Origin: an uncultured virus (IMG/VR IMGVR_UViG_3300037225_000630) | Lineage: Duplodnaviria > Heunggongvirae > Uroviricota > Caudoviricetes | DNA: 64,000 nucleotides | Strand: one strand, 5' to 3' | Virus record (IMG/VR): IMGVR_UViG_3300037225_000630 | Part shown: in pieces, positions 1-10,653 of the stretch | How the letters are laid out: each line of letters begins with the position of its first letter | Numbering within the stretch: the stretch's first letter is position 1 | Made by a program: the position numbers and the translations under genes | Notes under the pieces: model-generated | What the model was told of the DNA's origin: nothing | What the model saw: the letters and a program-made list of their open reading frames with translations, nothing else | Databases searched by the model: none

Positions 1-150
1 TGAATAAGATGGGGTTCAATGCTCCATCTAAAAGTTCCGTAGAGAATCTAACAGTATCTTTAGAGAAGAAGGATACTGACAGGGAAGGATTTATCTCACG
101 TTTTTTGGGTAGGAAAGGCGGTGGTAGGTAGTACTTGACTTTTTTATTTT

Positions 151-1140
151 TTGTCTTATACTCTATGTGAGGACTATAAATTGTCAAGATTGAATACCAA
201 TGATTATTTTGAATTTATTAAACTTCTCATTCGTCATAAGGGCTTGAAAGTAAAGTCAATAAGTCAAGATACTGCTGTAATTGAATGTCCTTTTCATGAG
301 GACTGGAATCCTTCATTGAGTGTTAGTTTCAGTCGAGGGCAATACTATTGTTTTCAATGTGGTAAAGGTGGTAGCCTAAGTGCGCTCTCTCGTGAATATG
401 AAGCCTTTGGTAAACCAATAACAGTAGTTTTAAATAAAATGGATGATTGGGATACTTTAAATCCCTCTGAACCCTATGAGAAACCATTAGTTAGAAAAGT
501 ATTTTCTTCTCTTGATATTCGAGGTAGGTTTATTCCTTACTACAATTCTGATAAGGCTTTAGGATATATAAAAAGACGAGGCATATCTAAGGATGTAGCT
601 GATGCTATGCAGTTTATGTATTGTAAGGAGGCATATATAAATGGTACTCATTTTGTAGATAGAATTATCATTCCTGTCTATGATGAAGATGGCAACTATA
701 TAAATGTGGAAGGTAGAGAAATTAACGGGAGTGATACTCTAAAATGTCTTTATCCTAAAAAAGGAATTAAACCTTTATATGAGTGGTATAGACAAAACTG
801 TGCAGAAACACTATACTTATTTGAGGGACTAATAAAAATGGCTGTAGCTCGTACTGATACTTTTTTTGCCAACTCTACTACTACTATGGGATGCTTATTT
901 TCAGATTTTCAACTAAAGCAGCTCCAACAGTTTCCTTCAATTACTTTAGTTAGAGATATGGATGATGCTGGGTATGAAATGGCAGTCAAATTAAAAGAAA
1001 TATATAAAGGTAATTTACATGTATGGTATTTATCTAATCCTGCCATAAAAGATGTGGATGAAATACCAACTATACTAAATATGACAGTGAAAGAGTATAG
1101 GGAACAGGGTGGTTTTGGTGAAGAGATTGAGTTTATGTAA
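151..1140 (+). CDS. DNA primase (CHC2 zinc finger + Toprim)
   Basis: CPFHEDWNPS...YYCFQC zinc finger; FEG and DMDDAG Toprim motifs. True start probably TTG at 181 (after GAGGA), because 151 lies inside a TTGACT/TATACT promoter. Confidence 0.9.
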   Translation: MSYTLCEDYKLSRLNTNDYFEFIKLLIRHKGLKVKSISQDTAVIECPFHEDWNPSLSVSFSRGQYYCFQCGKGGSLSALSREYEAFGKPITVVLNKMDDWDTLNPSEPYEKPLVRKVFSSLDIRGRFIPYYNSDKALGYIKRRGISKDVADAMQFMYCKEAYINGTHFVDRIIIPVYDEDGNYINVEGREINGSDTLKCLYPKKGIKPLYEWYRQNCAETLYLFEGLIKMAVARTDTFFANSTTTMGCLFSDFQLKQLQQFPSITLVRDMDDAGYEMAVKLKEIYKGNLHVWYLSNPAIKDVDEIPTILNMTVKEYREQGGFGEEIEFM

Positions 1141-1275
1141 ATAAATATAAGGAGGAAAAATGAAGATATTATCTGAGAAAGAGCGAATAAAGGAAACAAG
1201 AGCGTTTGGCTATCCTCTCAATATTGAAGTGGGTAAGCCTGAAAAACATTTAAAAATGGAAAATAAGCCTATACA

Positions 1276-1632
1276 ATGGCGAAAATTAAGGAGAAGGATA
1301 AAATAATGGAAGAGATACATGCTGAAGTAATAGAACCTACTATTGAGGTAAAACCTCAAGAAAAAGTAGAAATAAAAACTCCTGAAGAAACACCAGAAGA
1401 AGAAGCTTCAAGATTACAACTTGAATTGGATATTAGGAATACTCATTTACCTAAATCAGTTCGCAAGGGTAGAACCCCACAAGAGATACAAAAACTACGA
1501 AACAAGACTCATGCTAAAAGAGTAAAAGAAATAGAGAGACAAATATATAAAATAGAAGAAGCAAAAAGAAAGAAGGAAGAGAAAGAAAAAATATTAGATT
1601 TAGAAATAAAGGAGGCACAAAATTCACTATAG
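1276..1632 (+). CDS. hypothetical Lys/Glu-rich protein
   Basis: 118-aa ORF in a + strand gene run. Confidence 0.6.
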   Translation: MAKIKEKDKIMEEIHAEVIEPTIEVKPQEKVEIKTPEETPEEEASRLQLELDIRNTHLPKSVRKGRTPQEIQKLRNKTHAKRVKEIERQIYKIEEAKRKKEEKEKILDLEIKEAQNSL

Positions 1633-1981
1633 AAATGGGCGTGAAGCAGTAGTAGGAGATAGAGTTATTGGTAAAGGCTACAATTATGGTATTGTAGCAG
1701 GTACAGTATTATCAATAACACCAGGGCATGATACTTGTAATTGTATAGTTGGATTCTTAAAAACAATTCCAATAGATCAACATTTTGGGTTATTAGTGGG
1801 ATTGAGACGAGATTCTGATGGTGGTTCAACAGGAAATATGAATGCTATTGTATATCAAGAAGAATATACTCAATGTGATAATTTACTGCATGTGGATGAT
1901 GCTTGGGGGAGAGCGGTAGGTACCTCTGAGCCTGATGAAGAAAAAGGAGATAAAGATGATAAAGATGATAGTACCATTTGA
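1622..1981 (+). CDS. hypothetical protein, probable ATT start
   Basis: Open frame after TAA at 1607; SD AAGGAGG at 1609-1615, 6 nt before ATT; extends ORF 1796..1981. Confidence 0.65.
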   Translation: MHYRNGREAVVGDRVIGKGYNYGIVAGTVLSITPGHDTCNCIVGFLKTIPIDQHFGLLVGLRRDSDGGSTGNMNAIVYQEEYTQCDNLLHVDDAWGRAVGTSEPDEEKGDKDDKDDSTI

Positions 1982-2207
1982 TTTTAATGATGATCTTATT
2001 GGTAGTAAAGTTATAGGAACATGGATTCAGGAGGGTCTTCCTCCAAAAGTAATTAAGACTATGGTAATGGCTCAAGATGAAGACAGTGTAAGGACATTTA
2101 ACTGGGTTAGCTATAAGGATTTTATGGAGCATTATATTTTTTCAGATGGAAGTTCTTGTGGGAAGGAAATACAAAAAGATGAAGCTATAAAAGGGGAGGA
2201 AGAATAA

Positions 2208-2675
2208 ATGACACAAATGAATGTAGAGGATTTTGAGAAGACCTATGCCGATCCTGTGCCTGTGAATGGAGCTGTATTAGTAGAGGTAGTAGAGAAAGAC
2301 ACAACACGAACTACTAAAGGCGGTATCATAGTTCAGGAAGATGCTATGAGCACTGGTATCGTAGTCAACCCTTATCTTGTAGTGTTGGCTTTAGCAGAGG
2401 ACATTGATGAAGCTGTAAGGGGTAAAGTGGAAGTAGGGGATATCATACAAATTTCTACTAATAGGGTGAATGCATTCTTAGGGAAAGATATGGTTAGATT
2501 AGGACTTGTGGCTAGTGAGGATATCTCTGCTATCCATAAGCACCTTGTAGGAACTAAAATAAAAATAACTAAGAAGGAAGCAAAGCCTAAGCAAGCTATT
2601 CTAGGTGGTGAGGGCAGAGCACAGCCTAAACAAAGTATTATAGGTGGTGATGGTAAAATAATTATTGCCAACTAA
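2208..2675 (+). CDS. groES: co-chaperonin GroES-like protein
   Basis: PVNGAVLVEV...RTTKGGIIV mobile-loop motif, VEVGD. Confidence 0.75.
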   Translation: MTQMNVEDFEKTYADPVPVNGAVLVEVVEKDTTRTTKGGIIVQEDAMSTGIVVNPYLVVLALAEDIDEAVRGKVEVGDIIQISTNRVNAFLGKDMVRLGLVASEDISAIHKHLVGTKIKITKKEAKPKQAILGGEGRAQPKQSIIGGDGKIIIAN

Positions 2676-2693
2676 TTTATAAAGGGGCAATAA

Positions 2694-3272
2694 ATGTTAT
2701 GTTCAAAAACCGACTCACAAACGTATATCTCAGCCTTTAGAAGGAAGATGGATAATTTTGCCGAAAAGGCACCAATGCGGATATCCTATGCTACTTCTCC
2801 TACAGGAGTAGAACTATTGAATGAGGATACAGATAATATATTTTCTTTTGAGTGGGACTTTTCTATACCTATAAAGACATTTATTTATGGAATAAAACAA
2901 ACCCTCATAAAGGCAAAATGGTATCCTATTATTACTAGAATAGAAAGGGTAGAGGTTCCTTTAACTAAGGATGAACAAGTTCAGATGGCGATAGCTGGTA
3001 CCCCTGTAGTAGAAGTACCTACAAAAAAATATGTACGAAAGGAATATTTATTTTTAATAGATAAAGTTATTTCATACAAAGATATCTTTATTGTGGAGGA
3101 CTTGCAGACGCATCAAAAATTTAGATATCATATGAAAAGAAGCTGTATTTTTTTTCTTACTGATATGCGAAAGGGAAGATTAGATTCATATACAGGGGCT
3201 GATTTTTTCTTCAAGAATAGTGAGTTAATGAATGAAATTCAAAGTAAGTCTGAGATGAATAGTGATGCGTAG
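2694..3272 (+). CDS. hypothetical protein
   Basis: 192-aa ORF with AAGGGG SD. Confidence 0.7.
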   Translation: MLCSKTDSQTYISAFRRKMDNFAEKAPMRISYATSPTGVELLNEDTDNIFSFEWDFSIPIKTFIYGIKQTLIKAKWYPIITRIERVEVPLTKDEQVQMAIAGTPVVEVPTKKYVRKEYLFLIDKVISYKDIFIVEDLQTHQKFRYHMKRSCIFFLTDMRKGRLDSYTGADFFFKNSELMNEIQSKSEMNSDA

Positions 3273-3666
3273 AGATAAAGATGATGAGCAATGGCAAGAA
3301 GCCAAAAAAATTGTCTTTGCTCGGGATAAGAGTTGTAGAGTAATACAAGTTCTAACAGCAGTAGAGTTCCTTATTCTACAAAAAAATGCTGGTATTATGC
3401 TTAATCGATTTGACCCAGCTCATGTATTCGGAGTAGGCTCTTACCCTAAACTTATATATGACATTAATAATATAGTAAAATTAAATAGGTATAGCCATGA
3501 ATGTTTAGATACAATGCGATGTCCTATTGATGGTAATCCTATTACAAAAGAGGAAAAAAGAGTATGGTGGGAGCGAATCATTGGCACCCAAATGTATGAA
3601 TCTTTACTAAATAAATTGAAGGAGAAAGAAGATGGAAGAATTGAAGGAAGTAGTGATAAAGATTAA
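3262..3666 (+). CDS. HNH-like nuclease (degenerate Zn ligands)
   Basis: VFARDKSC...DPAHV...DINNIVKLNRYSH follows the HNH pattern. Confidence 0.55.
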   Translation: MMRRDKDDEQWQEAKKIVFARDKSCRVIQVLTAVEFLILQKNAGIMLNRFDPAHVFGVGSYPKLIYDINNIVKLNRYSHECLDTMRCPIDGNPITKEEKRVWWERIIGTQMYESLLNKLKEKEDGRIEGSSDKD

Positions 3667-3988
3667 TGGAGTCCCTGTAACCCCTCAAGAGTTAGAGGAG
3701 AAGAAGAAAGACAAGAATATTCGTCTTATCCAGGAGGACGAACAATCCTATCGTGTTCTGACTCGTATGATAGAGTAGTTGACATTTATCTAAAAATAGA
3801 ATACCATCTTCTTATGGTACTCTATAAGGATATAAATCAATTTGGGCATCTTCTCATTAAAACTAAAAATATAATTAATGCTAGACATATTATGCATATA
3901 ACTTCTGATTATCCCCTTAAATTACGATATTTTAAAATAAGTAGTAATTTTCAACGTTTTTATTCATTGTCATATAATAGGATAAAAA

Positions 3989-4942
3989 ATGTATAATAAT
4001 CTTATTTTTGATGCTGTAAATACCGGATATATTATTTTTAATAATACTCAACATGTAAAAGAAAATATATCCGAAATCATTACTTTCCAGGACAAAAGAG
4101 TTTATAGATTTTTCCTAAAAAACTTTATTGAGACAGTAGAAATATTAAAGAATAAATTTCTAGATGAAAATGGACAAATAATATTCCTTTTTGACAATTA
4201 TGAGAGTAGGGATGAACTTAATAGGCTTCTTCGCCCTTTGAAAGAAAGCGATAATAGGCGTAAAGTAAATAAGGAGTATAAATCTACTCGTATTAGACAA
4301 AAGATGGAATTCTATAATACATTAGATGTAGTGCGATATTACTACCTTATACAAACTAAAGAATATCATACTGCGCATATTCCCAATCTTGAAGCTGATG
4401 ATTTAATTCCTCGTTGTTTGGAAAAATGTTTAGGTACTACTCTTTTAATTTCTAATGATTCTGATTGGTGCAGATATATGTCAGAAACTGTTCATACTCT
4501 TCCAGATTTGTATTGGAATCCCCTTGATAGACAAGGTTTCATAGAGAAGAATGGATACGAACCATTAGAAGGAAAGATAATCTTAAATAAGATATTATGG
4601 GGGGACCAAGCAGACCATATTGATGCTGTATTCCCTGACTTAAAGCCAGAACTAAAGAAGTATATTGTAGAACACTTTGATGATGTTCAAGATTTTATGT
4701 TGAATGCTAGTAATAATATTACAACAAGTCCTTTTGTTGTTATGATAAAAGATAGAGAAGCAGATATTAGATTAGCATATCAAATGTTAGTGGCTATACC
4801 TGTGGCTGAAAACCATTTTAACGCTATTTTCACTACAGGGAGAAACTCTTCAGCTATGTTGAAGACTATGCGTAAAAAAGTGTATGGTGAAGATCCAGAT
4901 GAATTTCAATTTGGGGTTACTATGCCTCGGGTGAACCCATGA
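3989..4942 (+). CDS. 5'-3' exonuclease / flap endonuclease (T4 RNase H-like)
   Basis: LIFDAVN, FLFDN, YKSTR, EADDLI, ISNDSD, GDQADHI acidic motifs. Confidence 0.85.
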   Translation: MYNNLIFDAVNTGYIIFNNTQHVKENISEIITFQDKRVYRFFLKNFIETVEILKNKFLDENGQIIFLFDNYESRDELNRLLRPLKESDNRRKVNKEYKSTRIRQKMEFYNTLDVVRYYYLIQTKEYHTAHIPNLEADDLIPRCLEKCLGTTLLISNDSDWCRYMSETVHTLPDLYWNPLDRQGFIEKNGYEPLEGKIILNKILWGDQADHIDAVFPDLKPELKKYIVEHFDDVQDFMLNASNNITTSPFVVMIKDREADIRLAYQMLVAIPVAENHFNAIFTTGRNSSAMLKTMRKKVYGEDPDEFQFGVTMPRVNP

Positions 4943-5899
4943 TACAAAAACGAACACATCGAGTAGAATATATTTCTGATAGTATATATAAAAAAATTCT
5001 TAATGCTCATGCTATAGATGAATATCATAGAGATGATGAAAATAAGTTTTATACTAGACAATTTCTAGCAACTCGTAGATTTTTTGTGTCTCAAAAGCAT
5101 CTTAAAATTATACGGTGTTTTTGGACCGCTGCTAAAGTAATCGAGGATTATTAAATGATTGGAAAAGGATGTCTTCCTATATACTTCAAGGTATGCCCTT
5201 TTACTCCTCTACAAAAAGCATCTGACGTTTTAAGACATTCTTATATTATAAGGTATCCCTGGATAAAAGTAAGTAGTAATCATTGTTTCCTTTCCATTAG
5301 GAAAAATATATGAAAAATAATATTTACAGAAATTTATTAGTTTTTAATACCTCTTCTAAAATGAATCATAAATGTCTAAAATTAGGTTTGTTTACATTCT
5401 CTCATATAAATAGAAGCCCCCTCTCTGTTCATATTGGTGCTTATTATTATGAAAAGTATCCTATTTATAATAGGAACTCATATGGAAACTGAATTTATTT
5501 TTGATAAGATTATACGTAATAAAATAAAGAAGGATTATACATTAGTCCAGAATGAGAATTTAGTTTATACTAGTCTTGACATAAAACACAGAGTATGCTA
5601 TGATAGTTTTGGTAAGGAAGAACTCTATATAAATACCAGAATAATCACTGAGTCACGATTCTGGAAGGATACTTCAATATGGTAATATTTACTAGATTAG
5701 TAAGAGCATCATTATTTTCTAGTACTGCTATGTGGGGGCACTTTAGTGATGAATATAGTATTCATGATTATTTTTGGGCACAGAATCATGCTAATCATAG
5801 CAGGTCATTTCCTATAAAAGTAGAACTGGCTACAGGGAAAGGTTTCAAAACTCTAAAGGACTCTCTTTGTAAAGATTCTGAGGCTGGGGGTATGGGGTA

Positions 5900-5928
5900 T
5901 TGACATTTTTTAAGAAGTTTAGTATACT
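5900..5928 (+). promoter_or_regulatory. sigma70-type promoter
   Basis: TTGACA-17 nt-TATACT upstream of the AAA ATPase gene. Confidence 0.8.
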
Positions 5929-5946
5929 ATAATAAAGGAAGCACAA

Positions 5947-7164
5947 ATGGCGAATAATGATCCTGGCTACTATGTATTGAATTTGTATGGCAAACTTATT
6001 CAAAAAGAATTCCCTGGTGTCACTGACTTTGGCATCGCCTTTCTGGCAGATTCCGAAGATTATGCGGAGGTAATTGAACCTATTGAAGAGGATGTGGGGG
6101 TACAACTTAATAAAGATGGAATGTATCCTATTCGTTCGGGTGTTGAAACGGAAAGCCCCTCTATAACTATCCATGCCCATTTTGATTACAATGATAATCT
6201 TCTTGATTCCATTATCCTTTCTGAAGTAAATCGTTGTTTTATTAAGGGGATGAAGTTTTTAAAAATAATCACTCCTTTATTTGTGGGGGACTCACATGAT
6301 ATTATCCTCGCTCCTAATGATATAATCAAAGATATAATTTTAGCAGCTAAACAGCTTAAAGACAATAAAATAAACACCGCTATCCATGCACCTCTGATTG
6401 ATTTGCCTTTAGATATGCTTAAAAAAGATATCCTAGACTTTCTTATTAATGAGGATTTTGCCAAGTTCTGTAAGCAGTACTCTATCAAACAGAAAAGAGG
6501 ATTTATTTTTTCCGGTCCCCCTGGGAATGGCAAGACCCTTTCTTTAGCTTGGTTAAAGTCCCAAGCTATACAAAATAAAATTGAATTTAGAGCGTATAAA
6601 TCTGCACGAGACTTTTTAGAGAATCAAGAGGGAGATAATCAAAATAAGCGAATCCTTGTATTCGAGGAGTTTGATACTTATGTACAAGAACGAAAACACA
6701 ATGAAGATGATGATAGGGAACAAACCAATTCTAATAATGTTTTGGGAACCCTATTACAAATCTTAGATGGCATTGAAGATGTATCTAATGCTGTTTTTAT
6801 CCTTACTACGAACTTTATCTCTACATTTGATTCTGCCTTGATGCGCCCCGGACGTATTGATAAGGTTATTACCTTTGAGCCTCCTACAGAAGAGAGTCAA
6901 AGAAAATTCTTACAAACATATCTTTCCGAGTATACTAATCATGGGATGATTTTGATATACTTGAAAAAGAAGAATGCTGCCATCTCTTATGCTATGTTGA
7001 AGGCTATTGTAGATAATATTCGTATTCAGGAGTTCTGGCTACAGCAGGAAAAGATAGAGGATACTCATATTGGGGATGAGGCTATCATGAAAATTATTAA
7101 TTCTGTACTTGACAATGCCAATAGGGGAAAAGAAGTGAAGAATACTGAGGAGTCTATACTATGA
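5947..7164 (+). CDS. AAA+ ATPase (classical AAA clade)
   Basis: Walker A GPPGNGKT, Walker B LVFEEFD, SRH TTN...DSALMRPGRID. Confidence 0.9.
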   Translation: MANNDPGYYVLNLYGKLIQKEFPGVTDFGIAFLADSEDYAEVIEPIEEDVGVQLNKDGMYPIRSGVETESPSITIHAHFDYNDNLLDSIILSEVNRCFIKGMKFLKIITPLFVGDSHDIILAPNDIIKDIILAAKQLKDNKINTAIHAPLIDLPLDMLKKDILDFLINEDFAKFCKQYSIKQKRGFIFSGPPGNGKTLSLAWLKSQAIQNKIEFRAYKSARDFLENQEGDNQNKRILVFEEFDTYVQERKHNEDDDREQTNSNNVLGTLLQILDGIEDVSNAVFILTTNFISTFDSALMRPGRIDKVITFEPPTEESQRKFLQTYLSEYTNHGMILIYLKKKNAAISYAMLKAIVDNIRIQEFWLQQEKIEDTHIGDEAIMKIINSVLDNANRGKEVKNTEESIL

Positions 7165-7712
7165 TAAAATTACATGGAACTACAATACTAGCAGTACGCT
7201 ATAATGGGCGTACCACTATGGCTGCTGATGGACAGGCTACTGCTGGAGATATAGTGTTAAAATCTAATGTACGTAAAATCAGGAAGTTCCTTGATGGAAA
7301 AATTATAGTAGGCTTTGCTGGTAGTGTAGCTGACGCTACCTCACTATTAGATTTCTTTGAAAAGAAAATAAATACTACTAAAAACATGGAACGTGCTGCT
7401 GTAGCTTTAGCTAAAGAATGGAGGACAAATAGAATATTTGGTAAACTAGAAGCAGAATTGCTTTTAGCAGATAAGGATAATATTCTTCTTCTTTCCGGAT
7501 CAGGAGATGTCATTGAAGCTGAAAATAATAGTCTTGCTATTGGCTCTGGAGGACAATATGCTCTAGCTGCTTCAAAAGCATTAATGTATGCTTATAATGC
7601 TTTTGATATTCCAGAAAATGCTAGTCTAATTGCACGTAAATCTTTAGAAATAGCCTCTGAAATCTGTATTTATACTAATAATAATATTATTGTGGAGGAA
7701 GTAATTGGCTAA
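7161..7712 (+). CDS. hslV: ATP-dependent protease peptidase subunit HslV
   Basis: HGTTILAVR, AADGQAT, GFAGSVADA, AIGSGG, ICIYTN. Confidence 0.95.
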   Translation: MIKLHGTTILAVRYNGRTTMAADGQATAGDIVLKSNVRKIRKFLDGKIIVGFAGSVADATSLLDFFEKKINTTKNMERAAVALAKEWRTNRIFGKLEAELLLADKDNILLLSGSGDVIEAENNSLAIGSGGQYALAASKALMYAYNAFDIPENASLIARKSLEIASEICIYTNNNIIVEEVIG

Positions 7713-7814
7713 GAAAACAGAGATTAAGTTGAATGATTGGCTTGTCATTAAATATAAAGTAAAACCAAACTGGATACAAAAAATTATACTCAATTGGTTT
7801 TATAGGAATGCATA

Positions 7815-8783
7815 ATGATAGTAGCCTGGGGAGATTTGCATTGCTCAGATGCCCGGTCTTGGTCTTATAATGTATCCAAGGAAATAATAAAAACTATTAT
7901 TGATAGTGAGTATAATGTCAAGGAGAATACACTAGTATTACTAGGGGACTTGACTGAGACTGCATTCCCCTCGGGGCTCATTACTGATTTATTATTAATT
8001 TTATTCTCCAATCTGAACTATAAAGAGGTATATGTATTAGTAGGGAACCACGATAAAAAACCAAATAAACAGGGCAAGCTTGTTTTAAGCTATAAGTTTT
8101 TACAATCTAAATCTGTCAGTAGATTGTTCTCCCGTACTAAAATAACTGTAGTGGATGAATTACTTGAGACTACTATTGAAAATAAGAATATATTGTTTAT
8201 GCCTTACCTGTTTTCAGATTCGAAAATGAAATGGGAGGACTATGAGAAGATAGATACTGATTGTGATATTCTTTTTGGGCATTTTACTGATACTTCTCTA
8301 ATGGATATAAAAGAAAGAACTGTAAACATAAGTAAGATAAAGGCTAAATATATATGTTTAGGGCACCAGCATAATCCTGCTAAACATTATATTGGTTCTG
8401 TAGTTCCTAATTCTACTTCCGAGGCTAATAAATCTAGAGCCTTCTGGGTATTTGATGAAAATAAAAAGATTATACCTTTGCCTACTCTATGCGATTACTA
8501 TACAGTTAGGTTTCCTAATCCTCTGCCTGAAGTAGAAGCTAAATATCCAATCTGGACTATAGAAAATTGCGCTTCGCCCGAGATAGCTCAAGAGCAGTAT
8601 GGAGATATTTATATTCATAAAACACTATATTCTGCTGAGATAGATACTGAAGGTTTGACTGATTTAGGCGTATTAGGAAATAAGGAAGAGTTCACTAATG
8701 CTAAATTATTTGCGTTCTGGAAGAAGGATGCTCAATATGATAAATCTATACTAGATTTAGCAGAAAGTTATATGACTAATTAA
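7815..8783 (+). CDS. SbcD/Mre11-like metallophosphoesterase nuclease
   Basis: GDLH, LGDL, VGNHD, GHF, LGHQH motifs. Confidence 0.85.
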   Translation: MIVAWGDLHCSDARSWSYNVSKEIIKTIIDSEYNVKENTLVLLGDLTETAFPSGLITDLLLILFSNLNYKEVYVLVGNHDKKPNKQGKLVLSYKFLQSKSVSRLFSRTKITVVDELLETTIENKNILFMPYLFSDSKMKWEDYEKIDTDCDILFGHFTDTSLMDIKERTVNISKIKAKYICLGHQHNPAKHYIGSVVPNSTSEANKSRAFWVFDENKKIIPLPTLCDYYTVRFPNPLPEVEAKYPIWTIENCASPEIAQEQYGDIYIHKTLYSAEIDTEGLTDLGVLGNKEEFTNAKLFAFWKKDAQYDKSILDLAESYMTN

Positions 8784-8790
8784 TAGGGTA

Positions 8791-8819
8791 TTGACAATAG
8801 TGAAGTTCTAGTTTACACT
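8791..8819 (+). promoter_or_regulatory. sigma70-type promoter of tRNA-Thr
   Basis: TTGACA-17 nt-TACACT. Confidence 0.7.
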
Positions 8820-8831
8820 AATAATGTAAAT

Positions 8832-8905
8832 GCCATTTTAGCTCATCTGGTTAGAGCGCAGCACCTGTAATGCTGATGTGCCGGGTTCAAGTCCTGGAAA
8901 TGGCT
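8832..8905 (+). tRNA. tRNA-Thr(UGU), C33
   Basis: Cloverleaf; acceptor GCCATTT/AAATGGC; anticodon arm CAGCA-CCTGTAA-TGCTG; T loop TTCAAGT. Confidence 0.9.
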
Positions 8906-8936
8906 GCTGAGATGTATAGTCATAGCGAGAATTAGA

Positions 8937-9476
8937 GTGAAATTATTAGATATTTTAAAGAAAGAGTTTACCTTCTCAACCTATAGTCCAACAGTAGGCT
9001 GGATAGAGGCTACTCGCTGGAATGGAACTATTTTTCTTCATAATATTTTGTCTAACTTTACAGAGGTAGGAAATGAGCAACCTTATGAAACTGCTGCTCC
9101 TACTTATAATGGTGGCATTATTGTATTTGCTGTAGATGTAAATGCTCAAATAGAACAGCAGTACCCTGACGCTTCTCCTATGAAGAAGGCATTAATGGGT
9201 GCATGGGAGTCTATCACTAACAGGATAAATCAAAATTTGAAGCATCCTGAAGTGTTTGGTTATTCTATAGGTAAGCTATTCAAGGGGAAGTATAAAGCTC
9301 AAGATGGGTATTTATATGATGAAAACTCTCTTTCAATAGAAATCATTGATATTCCTTTTGACTTAGTTTGTGTTATTGGGGCTGAGATAGCCCGTTCCTT
9401 TAAGCAACAATCGGTATTAGTAAAAGATAATAGCAGTCATACTATTCTTTTTGTTATACCAAAGGCTGTATTATGA
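8937..9476 (+). CDS. hypothetical protein
   Basis: 179-aa ORF; MKLLDILK N-terminus; FKQQSVLV motif resembles the C-terminal domain of the next gene. Confidence 0.65.
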   Translation: MKLLDILKKEFTFSTYSPTVGWIEATRWNGTIFLHNILSNFTEVGNEQPYETAAPTYNGGIIVFAVDVNAQIEQQYPDASPMKKALMGAWESITNRINQNLKHPEVFGYSIGKLFKGKYKAQDGYLYDENSLSIEIIDIPFDLVCVIGAEIARSFKQQSVLVKDNSSHTILFVIPKAVL

Positions 9477-10639
9477 ACATAAAAGACATTTTATCGGATT
9501 TCCACTCAATGGAGTATATAGGACCCTCAGAGTTTCCCGAGGCTACATTAATGGGGGGTTACTGGGCGCATGGAACTACAGTATATGAAGTATCCGGTAG
9601 CCATCATATCCAGTTTATTGTTGAACATCCAGATTTATTTAATCTTACTATAGATGAGATAAAATCTATATTTAATAAAAATGGAGAAGAGTTTCAAACT
9701 GCGGCTACTCGTGAAGGAAAGGCACGAGAAGAAATAATAAAACTTGTTGCTCAGGATGGCTGGATCAGGGTGCGTCATTATATTAAACCTAGAGACTATT
9801 GGTCTATTCAATGTGATAGAGTAAAGCTTAGAAAAGAGAATTTGAGAGACTTTGTTAATTGGGCTTTAGATAAAAAAGTCATGGGATATCATGATGAGGC
9901 AATTATTTTAGGATATGAAGACGACTATAGAGATTTATATGACTTCCAGTCAGGAGGGATACAAAATTTCTTAATGGAAGAATCTAAAGTAAAAGAATCT
10001 TCTTATAGTACTATTATTAAGCATATAGAAAATGGTACTATGTTCAGTATAGTTTCTGGTTGTAGAGGAATAAATAAGATAAATGGCTGGAACCTAGATG
10101 AGGGTAAATCTGATATTAGTAAAGAAGATGCGCTAAAACTGGATTTAGAAGCAGGAGAAAAATTAAAACTTTATCTAAAAGGAGAGGGATATGGCTATAT
10201 TGAACAGGCGGCTGTATATGATAATGCCCCAGAGTTTTCATACTTTATTTTAGGTATGCCCCTAGATGAATCAATTGAACTTGGAAAAAAGTTTAATCAA
10301 AAGTCTATAATTCATAAGAATACGAAAGTTTTTGCTATTTTTTACACTAAGGATTTTGTTGATGGTAATAAAGAATATCATATTGGGGACAAAGGTGTGT
10401 CCTTTAAACAACGTGTAGCTAAAAATGCTTTAGGTAATTCTGTTATTACCTTTAATCCTGAAGTTTTACAATATGCCAATTCTCAACTACTTCATGCTAA
10501 TAAGAATCAACGTAAACCTTTTGCTTTCATTGCTGAACATAAAATTAAATGGTATGAGTATCATATATTAGAGCGCTGGAATGGATTACAAGCATATAAG
10601 GAAGGAAGACCTACAAAATACTGGGTAAGAATTAGATAA
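9473..10639 (+). CDS. two-domain protein, paralog family GYW...GWIRVRHY
   Basis: N-terminal domain homologous to 10654..11142 and 35295..35819. Confidence 0.7.
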   Translation: MNIKDILSDFHSMEYIGPSEFPEATLMGGYWAHGTTVYEVSGSHHIQFIVEHPDLFNLTIDEIKSIFNKNGEEFQTAATREGKAREEIIKLVAQDGWIRVRHYIKPRDYWSIQCDRVKLRKENLRDFVNWALDKKVMGYHDEAIILGYEDDYRDLYDFQSGGIQNFLMEESKVKESSYSTIIKHIENGTMFSIVSGCRGINKINGWNLDEGKSDISKEDALKLDLEAGEKLKLYLKGEGYGYIEQAAVYDNAPEFSYFILGMPLDESIELGKKFNQKSIIHKNTKVFAIFYTKDFVDGNKEYHIGDKGVSFKQRVAKNALGNSVITFNPEVLQYANSQLLHANKNQRKPFAFIAEHKIKWYEYHILERWNGLQAYKEGRPTKYWVRIR

Positions 10640-10653
10640 AAACAAGGATAGAC

